DNA of 64,000 nucleotides from an uncultured bacterium. Its GTDB lineage: Bacteria; Methylomirabilota; Methylomirabilia; Rokubacteriales; DASRDR01. Position 1 is the first letter of the stretch, and every line of letters starts with the position of its first letter. Made by a program: the position numbers and the translations under genes. Shown here piece by piece: positions 9,143 through 17,116 of the stretch. The notes beneath the pieces are model-generated. The model was not told the origin of the DNA. It made no database searches and was given only the letters and a program-made list of their open reading frames with translations. The stretch covers positions 46,031-110,030 of the forward strand of contig CAYQDR010000003.1 in assembly GCA_964416315.1 (NCBI GenBank). Reading direction: 5' to 3'.

Positions 9143-10483
9143 CTACTCCCACATCGCGTCGAAGATGGAGCCGGCGAGCGTCGGGAAGACGTAGTGCATC
9201 GCGGCGAGATCCTGGCGCGTGAGCCCCCCGCGCATGGCGGCCGAAGCGACGTGGATCAGGTCCTCGGCCCCCGGACCGAGAATGTGGGCCCCAAGGAGCC
9301 GCCCGGTCGACGCCTCGGCCACCACCTTGACGAGGCCCTCGGTTTCCTCCCGCACCGCCGCCGCGGTGCTGTCCTCGAAGGGGACCCGGCTTACTGAGAC
9401 CTCGAGCCCCTGCCGCCGCGCCTCGGCCTCCGTGAGCCCGACCTGCCCGATCGCCGGGATCGTGAAGACGGCCGTGGGGAACCACCGGAGGTCCACCGCG
9501 CGCTGGTTGCCTCGGAGCGCGTTCTCCGCGACGAGGCGGCCCTCGTACCAGGCGACGGGGGTGTGCTGGTGCTGGCCCGTGACGTCGCCCGCGGCGTACA
9601 CATGCGCGGCCGTGGGTGACTGGCGGAACTCGTTGACCTTCACCCCGCCCCGCTCCACCGCCACGCCGGCGGCCTCGAGGCCGAGGCCGGCGGTGTTCGG
9701 GGGGCGGCCGGTCGCCACCAGGACGACGTCGCCCGGGAACCGCTCGGCGCGCCCCCCGACCTCCGCCTCGACCGTGCGGTCGGCGCCGATCCGCGTGACG
9801 CGCGCCCCCGTCCGGACCTCGAGCCCGGCGTCCCGGGCGATCGCGAGCAGCGCCTCGCGGATCTCGTCGTCCAGGGCCGGCAGGACGTGCGGCCCCGACT
9901 GGAGCACGGTGACGCGCGTCCCGGCCCGCGCAAAGGCGAAGCCGAGCTCCATCCCGATGTAGCCGCCGCCGACCACCACCATCCGCGCCGGCAGGGTGGC
10001 GTGGTCGAGCAACTCGTCGCTCGTCATGGCGTGCTCGATCCCGGGGATCGGCGGCCGGGCCGGGGAGGAGCCGGTCGCGATGATGACGCGCTCGGCCGTG
10101 ACCCGGCGCCCGGCGACGTCGAGCTCGCGCGGCCCGCGGAACGTCGCGCGGCCGCGGAGAACCGCGATCCCCTGCCGCTCGAAGCCCGTGTCCTTCCCGG
10201 CCGACCACTCCGCCACCAGGCGGTTCTTCCGCGCGATGATGGCACCCCAATCGAGCCCCAGCCCCGCCGTCCCCGTCACGCCCAGCCCGGCCGCGCGGCG
10301 CGCCCGCCAGGCCAGCTCCACGGTGCTGACCAGCACCTTTTTCGGGATTCAGCCGCGCCCGAGGCAGGTTCCCGCGAAGCCGTCCGCCTCCACGAGCGCC
10401 GTCCGGGCGCCGAGCCCGACGGCCGTCCGGGCGGCGAAGCCCCCCGCCGTTCCCGCGCCGATCACCAGGAGATCGTAGTCCAC
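9143..10483 (-). CDS. MerA-like flavoprotein disulfide reductase; in-frame TGA (10351-10349) at the second active-site Cys, candidate selenoprotein
   Basis: MDYDLLVIGAGTAGG FAD-binding fold. Active site GTCLGRG-[TGA]-IPKK where the family has CxxxxC. Blocks IIATGSSPARPPIPGI, LVATGRPPNT and VYAAGD resemble MerA-core blocks as recalled. Strong SD GGAGAGGAGG 5 nt before GTG 10483. The ORF track shows only the post-TGA part, 9143-10336. Confidence 0.7.
10322..10337 (-). ncRNA. SECIS-like stem-loop GGUGCU-GGUC-AGCACC, 11 nt downstream of the UGA at 10351
   Basis: Perfect 6-bp stem with GGUC loop. Spacing and loop match the E. coli fdhF SECIS apical hairpin as I recall it. Confidence 0.55.
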
Positions 10484-10523
10484 ACGGACCTCCTCTCCGC
10501 GAGTGACCCCGACTGCCGTCCTC

Positions 10524-10706
10524 TCAGCCTCGTCCCTCCACGGGCACGAGGGCCCAGGCGCCGAACTCGTAGGTGACGCGCTGCCGCACTCCGTGGCACT
10601 CGATCAGGTCACCGGGCCGCACGTCGTCCGGCAGATGCACGACGTGCTCCCCCACCGCACAGCTCGCCGTCTTGACCGGGCTGACCGTCCACACGCCGTC
10701 CGTCAC
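10524..10706 (-). CDS. hypothetical 60-aa protein between the redoxin and reductase genes
   Basis: ORF MTDGVWTVSPVKTASCAVGEHVVHLPDDVRPGDLIECHGV... No family recognised. Could be a small beta-barrel protein or non-coding. Confidence 0.3.
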   Translation of the reverse strand: MTDGVWTVSPVKTASCAVGEHVVHLPDDVRPGDLIECHGVRQRVTYEFGAWALVPVEGRG

Positions 10707-10824
10707 GCTCGCCCGGAGCGTGAGCCCGGCTCAGTTGGGTCAGTCGAAGACCCCGCCGTTGGCGATCCCGTCCGGGATCGCGATCTGCTGGCCTCAGCCC
10801 GGGCACCAGGCGGTCGGCATCCGC

Positions 10825-11061
10825 CTACGCGAGCCCGAGCAGCCGCTCGAGCCTGCCCCGGTCGAAGCCCACCACGGCCTCGCCGTCGATGACGGTGACC
10901 GGCGTGGCGCGGTAACCGAGCGCCTGGAGCTCCGCCAGGGCGGCTGGGTCCTGACGGATGTTCCGGTCGGTGAACACGACGCCTTTCTGAGAAAGAAACT
11001 CTTTCTCCGCCTGGCAGGCCCCTCAGCCAGGCTGCGTGTAGACGACGACCGACTTGGCCAT
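10825..11061 (-). CDS. NrdH/glutaredoxin-like redoxin with UxxC motif (TGA at 11025-11023), candidate selenoprotein
   Basis: MAKSVVVYTQPG-[TGA]-GACQAEKEFL..TPVTVIDGE..VGF is the NrdH/Grx fold with the first Cys of CxxC replaced by TGA. SD GGAGGG before ATG 11061. Hairpin GAGAAAG-AGUUU-CUUUCUC at 10989-11007, 15 nt after the UGA. Confidence 0.65.
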
Positions 11062-11227
11062 CACGCCCTCCGTTCGCTCACGCGGCGTTCCCCGCCAGGA
11101 GGCCGCCGAAGATCCGGCGGCCGAGCTTGAACGCTTCGCCCACCGTGGCGCCGGCCCCGGGCACGTCGGGGTGCGCGTCGTGCCAGGCCCGCAGGTGCTC
11201 TTCCGACCGGAAGAAGTTGAGCGTCGT

Positions 11228-11758
11228 TCAGAGCGAGGTGAAAACCTTCCGGTCGATCTCCCCCCGCTTCCCGACCCAGACCATGACCCCGTCGGCACCC
11301 GGACCCGGTCCCTCCGCGTCGGCCTCGAACTCGAGGGGCCCCCCGCAGTGGTGGCAGCGCGAGCGGATCTCCATGCACTGGCCCAGCATCGCCGCCACTC
11401 CGAGCGCGTCGATGGCGCAGCACGCGTACCGGCGCCGGCCGCCCGGGAGCACCACCGCGAACGCCGTCGGCACGGCGGCGAAGGGGTAGGCGAGCTCCAC
11501 CCGCCCCTCGCGGACAAGGATCAGGTCCCGCTCGTCCAGGCCCGCGACCTCCTCCAGCAGGCCATCGCGGGGTCGATCCGGAAACCAGGCCACGATCTCA
11601 TCGATCGGGATCGCTCCCTCCCGCTCGACAAACCGCCGGAGGATGCGCTGGAAGACCGCGTCCAGGCGCTCGGCCCGGCGGGTGGCCCAGCGCGCCTCGA
11701 GCTCCGGATCTACCAGCTCCTCGGCGGTCTTGATCTCCAGCGCCACCCGAGGCCTCAT
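11228..11758 (-). CDS. MerB-family (organomercurial lyase-like) paralogue
   Basis: YACCAIDALG and SRCHHCGG align with the MerB WCAxDTL and CxHxHFF catalytic regions. ATG 11758 directly abuts the merE stop. Confidence 0.6.
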   Translation of the reverse strand: MRPRVALEIKTAEELVDPELEARWATRRAERLDAVFQRILRRFVEREGAIPIDEIVAWFPDRPRDGLLEEVAGLDERDLILVREGRVELAYPFAAVPTAFAVVLPGGRRRYACCAIDALGVAAMLGQCMEIRSRCHHCGGPLEFEADAEGPGPGADGVMVWVGKRGEIDRKVFTSL

Positions 11759-12075
11759 GCGGCTGGACGGGGGGAGCCGCCCACCCCATTGGATTCGGCG
11801 ACCGGGGGCCGCGATTCGCCCGCCGTCCGGGGCGTCCCGCGGTCCGGCTCCCCCCAGGCCCGCAACCCGCGGAGCAGCGAGCCGGCGAAGACGACCGTCA
11901 TGACCGCGAAGGCCGCCGCCGCGTGCTCCCGGAGGACGGCGGCCAGGGCCGTGCCGCCCAACAGGGCGAGCGCCAGCGGAAGGTGGCACGGGCACGTGAC
12001 GGCGGCCACCCCGAGCAGGAGGTACGCCTTCCGTGGCCGCCCCGCCTCCGGTACGCCCCGGGTCATCGCCCGCAT
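11755..12075 (-). CDS. merE: MerE-like mercury transporter
   Basis: LLGVAAVTCPCHLPLALALLGGTALAAV matches the MerE LTCPCHLP transmembrane signature as recalled. Alternative ATG at 12066. Confidence 0.65.
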   Translation of the reverse strand: MRAMTRGVPEAGRPRKAYLLLGVAAVTCPCHLPLALALLGGTALAAVLREHAAAAFAVMTVVFAGSLLRGLRAWGEPDRGTPRTAGESRPPVAESNGVGGSPRPAA

Positions 12076-12082
12076 CGCACGC

Positions 12083-12724
12083 TCACGAACCCGGCAGCCG
12101 CCGCGCTTTGAAGCCCGCCGCTGCGATCGCCTCGACCATGCGCTCGATGGTAACCGAGGCGGGGTCGTACGTCACCCACGCCTTCGCCTGCTCGAAGCTC
12201 ACCTCGGCGTGCTGGATGCCCGGGAGCCCTGCCAGGGCTCGCTCGACCACGGTGGGTCAGGACCCTCAGGTCATCCCGTCCACCTGCAGGATCACGCGCG
12301 CCGCGACGACCGCGCCATGGCCGCCGGACGGACTCGGCCCGGTCCCCGCCTCGTGCTCCATCGCCGCGATTCCGCCCCACGACGCGATGAGCCGTGCCGT
12401 TCGGTCAGGGAACGCCGTCAGGACGACGGCAGCGGCGAGCACAACCGTCGAGATCCCCAGGAGCACTCCGTTGACACGGCCGCCGGCCATGGCGCATCCG
12501 AGCCGCTGGCAGCGCCGCCGTTCCCGCAGGTGGAGGTACCAGCCGAGGCCCGTCCCGAGGACCCCCGCGGGGATGAAGACGTACGTGTACCGCATCGTCA
12601 CCGCCATGAATGCCCCACTCCCCAGGCCGAGCACGACGACCGCGAGGGGGAAGAGGCAGCAGAGCGAGGCAACCGACGCGGACGCCATCGCCACGATGCT
12701 CGACCTCACGTCTGCGAGCTTCAC
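12083..12724 (-). CDS. MerT-like membrane protein fused to a MerP-like HMA domain; metal-binding motif reads GMT-[TGA]-GS-[TGA]
   Basis: TM1 with vicinal CC (ASLCCLFPLAVVVLGLG), loop Cys pair CQRLGC, third TM, then an HMA fold ILQVDGMT-U-GS-U-PTVVERALAGLPGIQHAEVSF..AWVTYDP..IERMVEAIAAAGF. TGA codons at 12268-12266 and 12259-12257. Hairpin GAGCCC-UGGCA-GGGCUC at 12224-12240. Start GTG 12724 overlaps the anti-sigma stop. Confidence 0.6.
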
Positions 12725-13368
12725 GGCCGCACCTGGTCCACCGTCGCGAGGCGTGCGAGCCAGAGGCCGGCGAAGGCCCAGAGCACCGCCCCGAGCCCCA
12801 GCCCCGAGACGAAGGCCACCTGGAGGGTGGGCGCGAACTCGCGGCACTGGATGATCACGTAGGGCGCCAGAATCCCGAGGAACAGCACGCCCGCTTCGAC
12901 CGCCCGGACCGCGGTCCCGTGCCGCAACAGCCACACGCCCAGCGCGACCGGTATCCCGTACGCAGCCCCGGCGACGAGATACGGCAGCGCATCGACGTCG
13001 GACCCCTGGAGCGCCTGCCGACACCAGGCGACCAGGAGGGGATACGGCACGAGCAGCGACAGCACGAGCGAAGCCGCGATCCCGATCAAGGCAGCCTGGG
13101 CGGCTGCGGCCCACCCGCGAAGCGCCAGGACGGACTCCCGGAGGGCGCGGCGGCGTACCTCGCGCAGCACCCGGGTCCTCACCGCGGCCGGGGGCGGCGC
13201 CGCCCCAGGCCAGCGGTCCAGGAGCGCCCAGGTCCCCCGGAGCGCCTCCAGCTCGGCGCGGCAATCCGCGCACGTCTCGAGATGCGACGCCACGTCCCCG
13301 GCCGGGGAGTCCTCCGCACCCCCAAGGCCGACGTCAAGCAGCCGGTCCCTGACCCCATCGCACTCCAT
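12721..13368 (-). CDS. membrane-bound ZAS-type (zinc-binding) anti-sigma factor
   Basis: C3...H29-x3-C33-x2-C36 ZAS motif (MECDG...SHLETCADC) followed by several transmembrane helices. Confidence 0.65.
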   Translation of the reverse strand: MECDGVRDRLLDVGLGGAEDSPAGDVASHLETCADCRAELEALRGTWALLDRWPGAAPPPAAVRTRVLREVRRRALRESVLALRGWAAAAQAALIGIAASLVLSLLVPYPLLVAWCRQALQGSDVDALPYLVAGAAYGIPVALGVWLLRHGTAVRAVEAGVLFLGILAPYVIIQCREFAPTLQVAFVSGLGLGAVLWAFAGLWLARLATVDQVRP

Positions 13369-13411
13369 GGCACGCCCCTCTGCCCTGGGAAACGAAAGGC
13401 GACGCGCTCCG

Positions 13412-13963
13412 TTACAGCTCGCCGAGCAGATCGCGGAGCCGGCGAAGGGCCCGGTGGAGGGTGACCCGCACCGCGCCCGGGGACGCCCCGATGATCTCCG
13501 CGACCTCCTCGGCGCTCAATCCGCCGAACCGGCAGAGGAGGACGACCTCGCGGTGGGAGGGGGGAAGCTCCAGCATCGCCGCCTGGAATCGCTCGCTGAG
13601 CTCGCCCGCCTCGGCCCGCTCCAGCGGCGTCGCGCTCGGATCGGCCAGCGTCTCGGCGAGCTCGCCGCCCTCCAGCACTCGCGCTCCGCTCCGTCGCCGG
13701 AACTCGTCCACGACCAGGTTTCGGGCGATGGTGAAGAGCCAGGTCCTGAACGCGGCGCTGGGACGCCAGCCCTCGCGGTGTGCGAACACCCGGAGAAACG
13801 TCTCCTGGAGGAGGTCCTCCGCCTTCCGCCGCTCGCCGAGGGACCGGAGCAGGAAGGTGAACACCCTTCGATGGTGCCGGTCGTAGAGCGCCTCGAAGGC
13901 TGTCGGGCTCCCCGCCCGCACCTCGTCCATGAGCACTTCGTCCGAGCGAGTCTCGCGCGGCAT
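13412..13963 (-). CDS. ECF-type RNA polymerase sigma-70 factor
   Basis: Sigma-70 region 2 and region 4 (FLLRSLGERRKAEDLLQETFLRVF ... LSAEEVAEIIGASPGAVRVTLHRALRRL). Start ATG at M17 of the listed ORF. Confidence 0.8.
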   Translation of the reverse strand: MPRETRSDEVLMDEVRAGSPTAFEALYDRHHRRVFTFLLRSLGERRKAEDLLQETFLRVFAHREGWRPSAAFRTWLFTIARNLVVDEFRRRSGARVLEGGELAETLADPSATPLERAEAGELSERFQAAMLELPPSHREVVLLCRFGGLSAEEVAEIIGASPGAVRVTLHRALRRLRDLLGEL

Positions 13964-14102
13964 GGCGAATCGGGGCGAAACGTCTTGAGTATACGCAGCG
14001 GCCAACCCCACGTCCGCGGGCGGAGATCGTCGCCGAGAATCCCTGGGCGCCCCGGACCCCTCAGAAGGCGTGAAGGGCAGACAGGACGAAGGAGGTCACG
14101 TC

Positions 14103-14765
14103 ATGAGCAACGTCCGCGCAGCCGAAGCCGTGTGGAAGCTGACCAGCGACGGGAGCGTGCTGGACTACGGACCGGATCTCTCGCACCTGCTCGTCCGCGT
14201 CATGCGGGCGCTCGCCCGGGGCCGTCCGGTCGCTGCCCGGGAAGCGGATCGCATCCGCGCCGCCCTCGGCATCACTCGAGACGAGGCGGAGCGCTTCCTG
14301 AGCGGGGTAGCCGAGCGGAACGCCGACGGTGACGTCGTCGGGATCCTCGGGCTGACGCTGACCGAGACGCGTCACCGCTTCGCCGTCAACGGCGCGAGGA
14401 TGTCCACGTGGTGCGCCGAGGACACGTTGTTCCTGCCCGCCATACTGAACGAGACGGCCACAGTCGAGTCCACGTCCCCGGTCAGCAGCCAAACGATCCG
14501 GCTGACCGTGAGCCCGGACGGAGTGGAGGAGGTCAGCCCGGCCAGCGCGGTCGTCTCGCTGGTCGTCGTCGAGCCGGATCGGGCGGACATGAGCTCGGTC
14601 GAGGCGATCTGGACCACGTTCTGCCACCACATCCACTACTTCGCATCGACGGAGGAAGCCGAGCAGTGGGCCGGCGGCAGGGACGACATCGAAATCGTCC
14701 CGGTCCACGAGGCGTTCGAGCTCGGCCGGCGGGTCTCGTCGAGGTTTCTCGCCTACGCGGAGTGA
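14103..14765 (+). CDS. merB: organomercurial lyase MerB
   Basis: TWCAEDTLFLPAIL (Cys/Asp), FCHHIHYFAS (Cys) and VPVHEAFELG match canonical MerB. SD AGGAGG 7 nt before ATG 14103. Divergent from the sigma factor gene. Confidence 0.8.
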   Translation: MSNVRAAEAVWKLTSDGSVLDYGPDLSHLLVRVMRALARGRPVAAREADRIRAALGITRDEAERFLSGVAERNADGDVVGILGLTLTETRHRFAVNGARMSTWCAEDTLFLPAILNETATVESTSPVSSQTIRLTVSPDGVEEVSPASAVVSLVVVEPDRADMSSVEAIWTTFCHHIHYFASTEEAEQWAGGRDDIEIVPVHEAFELGRRVSSRFLAYAE

Positions 14766-14780
14766 GGGGCGGGAGCCAGT

Positions 14781-15443
14781 CTACCGGCCGAGCGACCGGG
14801 CGAGTCCTTCCAGGTCGGCGACCTCGAGGTCGGGGACGAGGCCGAGCTCCTCGAGCGGCGCGCGGGCTCGGTTCACCCAGACGACGGGGAAGCCATAGGC
14901 CTTGGCCCCCGCCACATCCCAGCAGTTCGAGGAGACGAAGCCCAGCGACTCCTTCGGCAGCCCAAGCCGCGCCGGGCCGAGCGCGTAGACCGCCGGGGCG
15001 GGCTTGAAGATCCGCGCGGCGTCCACGCTGATCACCGCGGGGAGGTGGCGGCCCAGCCCCGTGTGCTCGACGGCGGCCTCCAGCATCCGCGGTGCCCCGT
15101 TGGAGAGGATCGCGCACGGCAGGTCCCCGAGCCGGGCGAGGACGCCGCGCACCTCGGGGAAGGGCTCGAGCCGGAGATACGCCTCCATGAGGCGCCGGCG
15201 CTGGGCCGGGGTCAACTCGAGCCCGAGGCGCCGGCAGGCGAAGACGAGGGCGGCCTCGGTCACCGCCCAGAAGTCCTCGTACCGTCCCATGAGGCTGCGG
15301 AGCCACGTGTACTCGAGCTGCTTCGCCCGCCAGAGGTTCGAGAGCGCTTGGGGGTCGCTCGTCACCGCGCCGCAGGCCTCGATGACCGAGTGGACGTCGA
15401 AGAGCGTCCCGTACGCGTCGAAGAGCAACCCCTGGACCTGCAT
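14781..15443 (-). CDS. HAD-superfamily type II haloacid dehalogenase
   Basis: FDAYGTLFDV nucleophile motif and HAD core. Confidence 0.75.
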   Translation of the reverse strand: MQVQGLLFDAYGTLFDVHSVIEACGAVTSDPQALSNLWRAKQLEYTWLRSLMGRYEDFWAVTEAALVFACRRLGLELTPAQRRRLMEAYLRLEPFPEVRGVLARLGDLPCAILSNGAPRMLEAAVEHTGLGRHLPAVISVDAARIFKPAPAVYALGPARLGLPKESLGFVSSNCWDVAGAKAYGFPVVWVNRARAPLEELGLVPDLEVADLEGLARSLGR

Positions 15444-15508
15444 CGTCCGCCTCCTCGGGGCGATCGCGCCTTGCGGGCGGATCGCCGAGTCCGTACACTG
15501 AGGGCGCC

Positions 15509-15874
15509 ATGCCGCGGACCGTGACCGCCGTGAGCGTGCGGCACCGACTCCTCGCGCTGCTCCTGGCCCCCGCGCTCCTCGCCGCCTGCGCGGCGCTCCT
15601 GCCGCTCCGCGAGCCGCCTCCCGGCGCCTCGGGCGACCCGACCGCCGGCGCGACCACGCGCGCCGAGGCGATCGCGCGGCTCGGACCGCCCATGGAAGTG
15701 CGCGCCTCGGACCTCGGAGAAGTGCTGGTGTACCGGCGCCTGAGCGTCGTGGACGCGAACCCGAACCGCTACTACGGCCAGGACCGCGGCGCCCGCCGCG
15801 ACCGCTACGAGCGGATCCTCCTCTACCTCGACCGCGATGGCCGGATCGTCAGGTGGGCGACGGAACCGGAGTGA
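15509..15874 (+). CDS. hypothetical lipoprotein
   Basis: Signal peptide with lipobox LLAAC. Confidence 0.5.
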   Translation: MPRTVTAVSVRHRLLALLLAPALLAACAALLPLREPPPGASGDPTAGATTRAEAIARLGPPMEVRASDLGEVLVYRRLSVVDANPNRYYGQDRGARRDRYERILLYLDRDGRIVRWATEPE

Positions 15875-15877
15875 ACC

Positions 15878-15904
15878 TCGGAGGGGGGCTCCGCCCCCCT
15901 CCGA
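15878..15904. terminator. GC-rich hairpin tcggagggggg-ctccg-cccccctccga between convergent genes (family A core)
   Basis: 10-bp perfect stem directly after the lipoprotein stop and before the dacC-like stop. No U-tract, as usual in high-GC genomes. Confidence 0.5.
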
Positions 15905-15908
15905 CGAT

Positions 15909-16850
15909 CTAGCGGGAGCTGGTCCGGGTCGTCGGCACGCGGCCCCGCCACCGGTGCGTCGCGCCGCGCGGCTCCGGCACCGGCTCGCCGAAGCCGAACC
16001 GGAGGAGCCGCCGCGCGTCGAGGAAGGACAGCCCCCGGGTCTCGGCCCCGAGGATGATCAACAGCAGCCGGTGCCCGGCCTTCCCGGCCGCCACCGCGAG
16101 GTTGTAGCCGGCCTCGAGGCTGTAGCCGGTCTTCAGCGCCGTCACGCCCCCCGGGTCCCGGAAGAGCGGCACGCGGCGCCGGTAGACCCGCCCGCGCCAC
16201 GCAAACTCGTCCTCGCCGAGGAGTTCGCGGCTGTCCGGGAAGTCGGTCAGGAGCCGCTCCGCGAGCTCGGCCATATCGCGGGCCGTGGAGCGCTGCGCCG
16301 GGTCCGGCAGTCCGTGCGGGTTCGCGAAGACGCTCTGGCCGAGGCCCATGCGCCGGGCCGTGGCGTTCATGCGGACGACGAATGCCTCCTCGCTCCCCGC
16401 GACGTGCTCGGCCACCGCGGTGGCCGCATCGTTCGCCGACGCGATCGCCACGCCCGCCAGGAGGACGTCGAACGGGACGACCCGGCCGGTCACGAGCCCC
16501 ATGCGGAAGGGTGGCGTGTACGCCGCGTTCGGGCTCACGATCACCGGGTCCCCGAGGCGCACCTTGCCCGCGCGGAGATCCTCGTGGGCGAGGTAGAGCG
16601 TCATCAGCTTGACGAGGCTGGCCGGAGCGCGATCGCTCTCCGCGTTCTTCGCGTAGAGGACGCGCCCCGTGTCGAGGTCCACGAGCAGTCCGGCCTCGGC
16701 CGTGACCGCAGGGGGCGGCGGCTCGGCGCCGATCGCCGGGGAGACGGCGAGGAGGATCAGGCCCAGGCCCGCAGCCAGGACGCGGCGGACAGGCTCAGCC
16801 CGCGGGACCGGCAATGCGCAGCTCGGCAGGAACGGGGAGGTCTCGGACAC
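15909..16850 (-). CDS. serine-type D-Ala-D-Ala carboxypeptidase (PBP5/6 family)
   Basis: SLVKLMT (SxxK), SANDAA (SxN) and KTG motifs. Signal peptide. The true start may be internal, around 16790. Confidence 0.75.
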   Translation of the reverse strand: MSETSPFLPSCALPVPRAEPVRRVLAAGLGLILLAVSPAIGAEPPPPAVTAEAGLLVDLDTGRVLYAKNAESDRAPASLVKLMTLYLAHEDLRAGKVRLGDPVIVSPNAAYTPPFRMGLVTGRVVPFDVLLAGVAIASANDAATAVAEHVAGSEEAFVVRMNATARRMGLGQSVFANPHGLPDPAQRSTARDMAELAERLLTDFPDSRELLGEDEFAWRGRVYRRRVPLFRDPGGVTALKTGYSLEAGYNLAVAAGKAGHRLLLIILGAETRGLSFLDARRLLRFGFGEPVPEPRGATHRWRGRVPTTRTSSR

Positions 16851-17116
16851 GGAGGTAGAGGTTCAGGCGGGCCTTGGCGGCGGGAGAGAGCCCCGGCGGC
16901 TCGGTGTCACCCCACCTGAGCCAGCCGTCCAGGCACGAGCCGATCGCGCCGTGACCGCGGGCGAGCGGACAGCGGTGCTCGAGGCAGCGTCCCCCGCTGA
17001 TCGCGCACACCGGAATGCCGGCCACGTCCTCTCCCCTCGCGATGTCGGAGCCCGCGATACGACGGCGCGGTCCCCGCCATTGTAGGCGGAGAGCCCTCCA
17101 AATCAAGAAAAATGGC

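Noticed and set aside
8853-10250. 465-aa ORF overlapping the MerA-like gene in another frame
   Set aside because: Gly/Arg/Pro-rich and featureless. The other frame encodes a complete flavoprotein disulfide reductase.
9143-12724. Interpreting the in-frame TGAs as inactivating nonsense mutations or sequencing errors (pseudogenes)
   Set aside because: All five TGAs replace exactly the conserved redox/metal-ligand Cys in four different proteins. The genes keep intact SD sites and uninterrupted frames otherwise. SECIS-like hairpins follow at fixed spacing. Random decay would not do this. Still needs confirmation of Sec machinery elsewhere in the genome.
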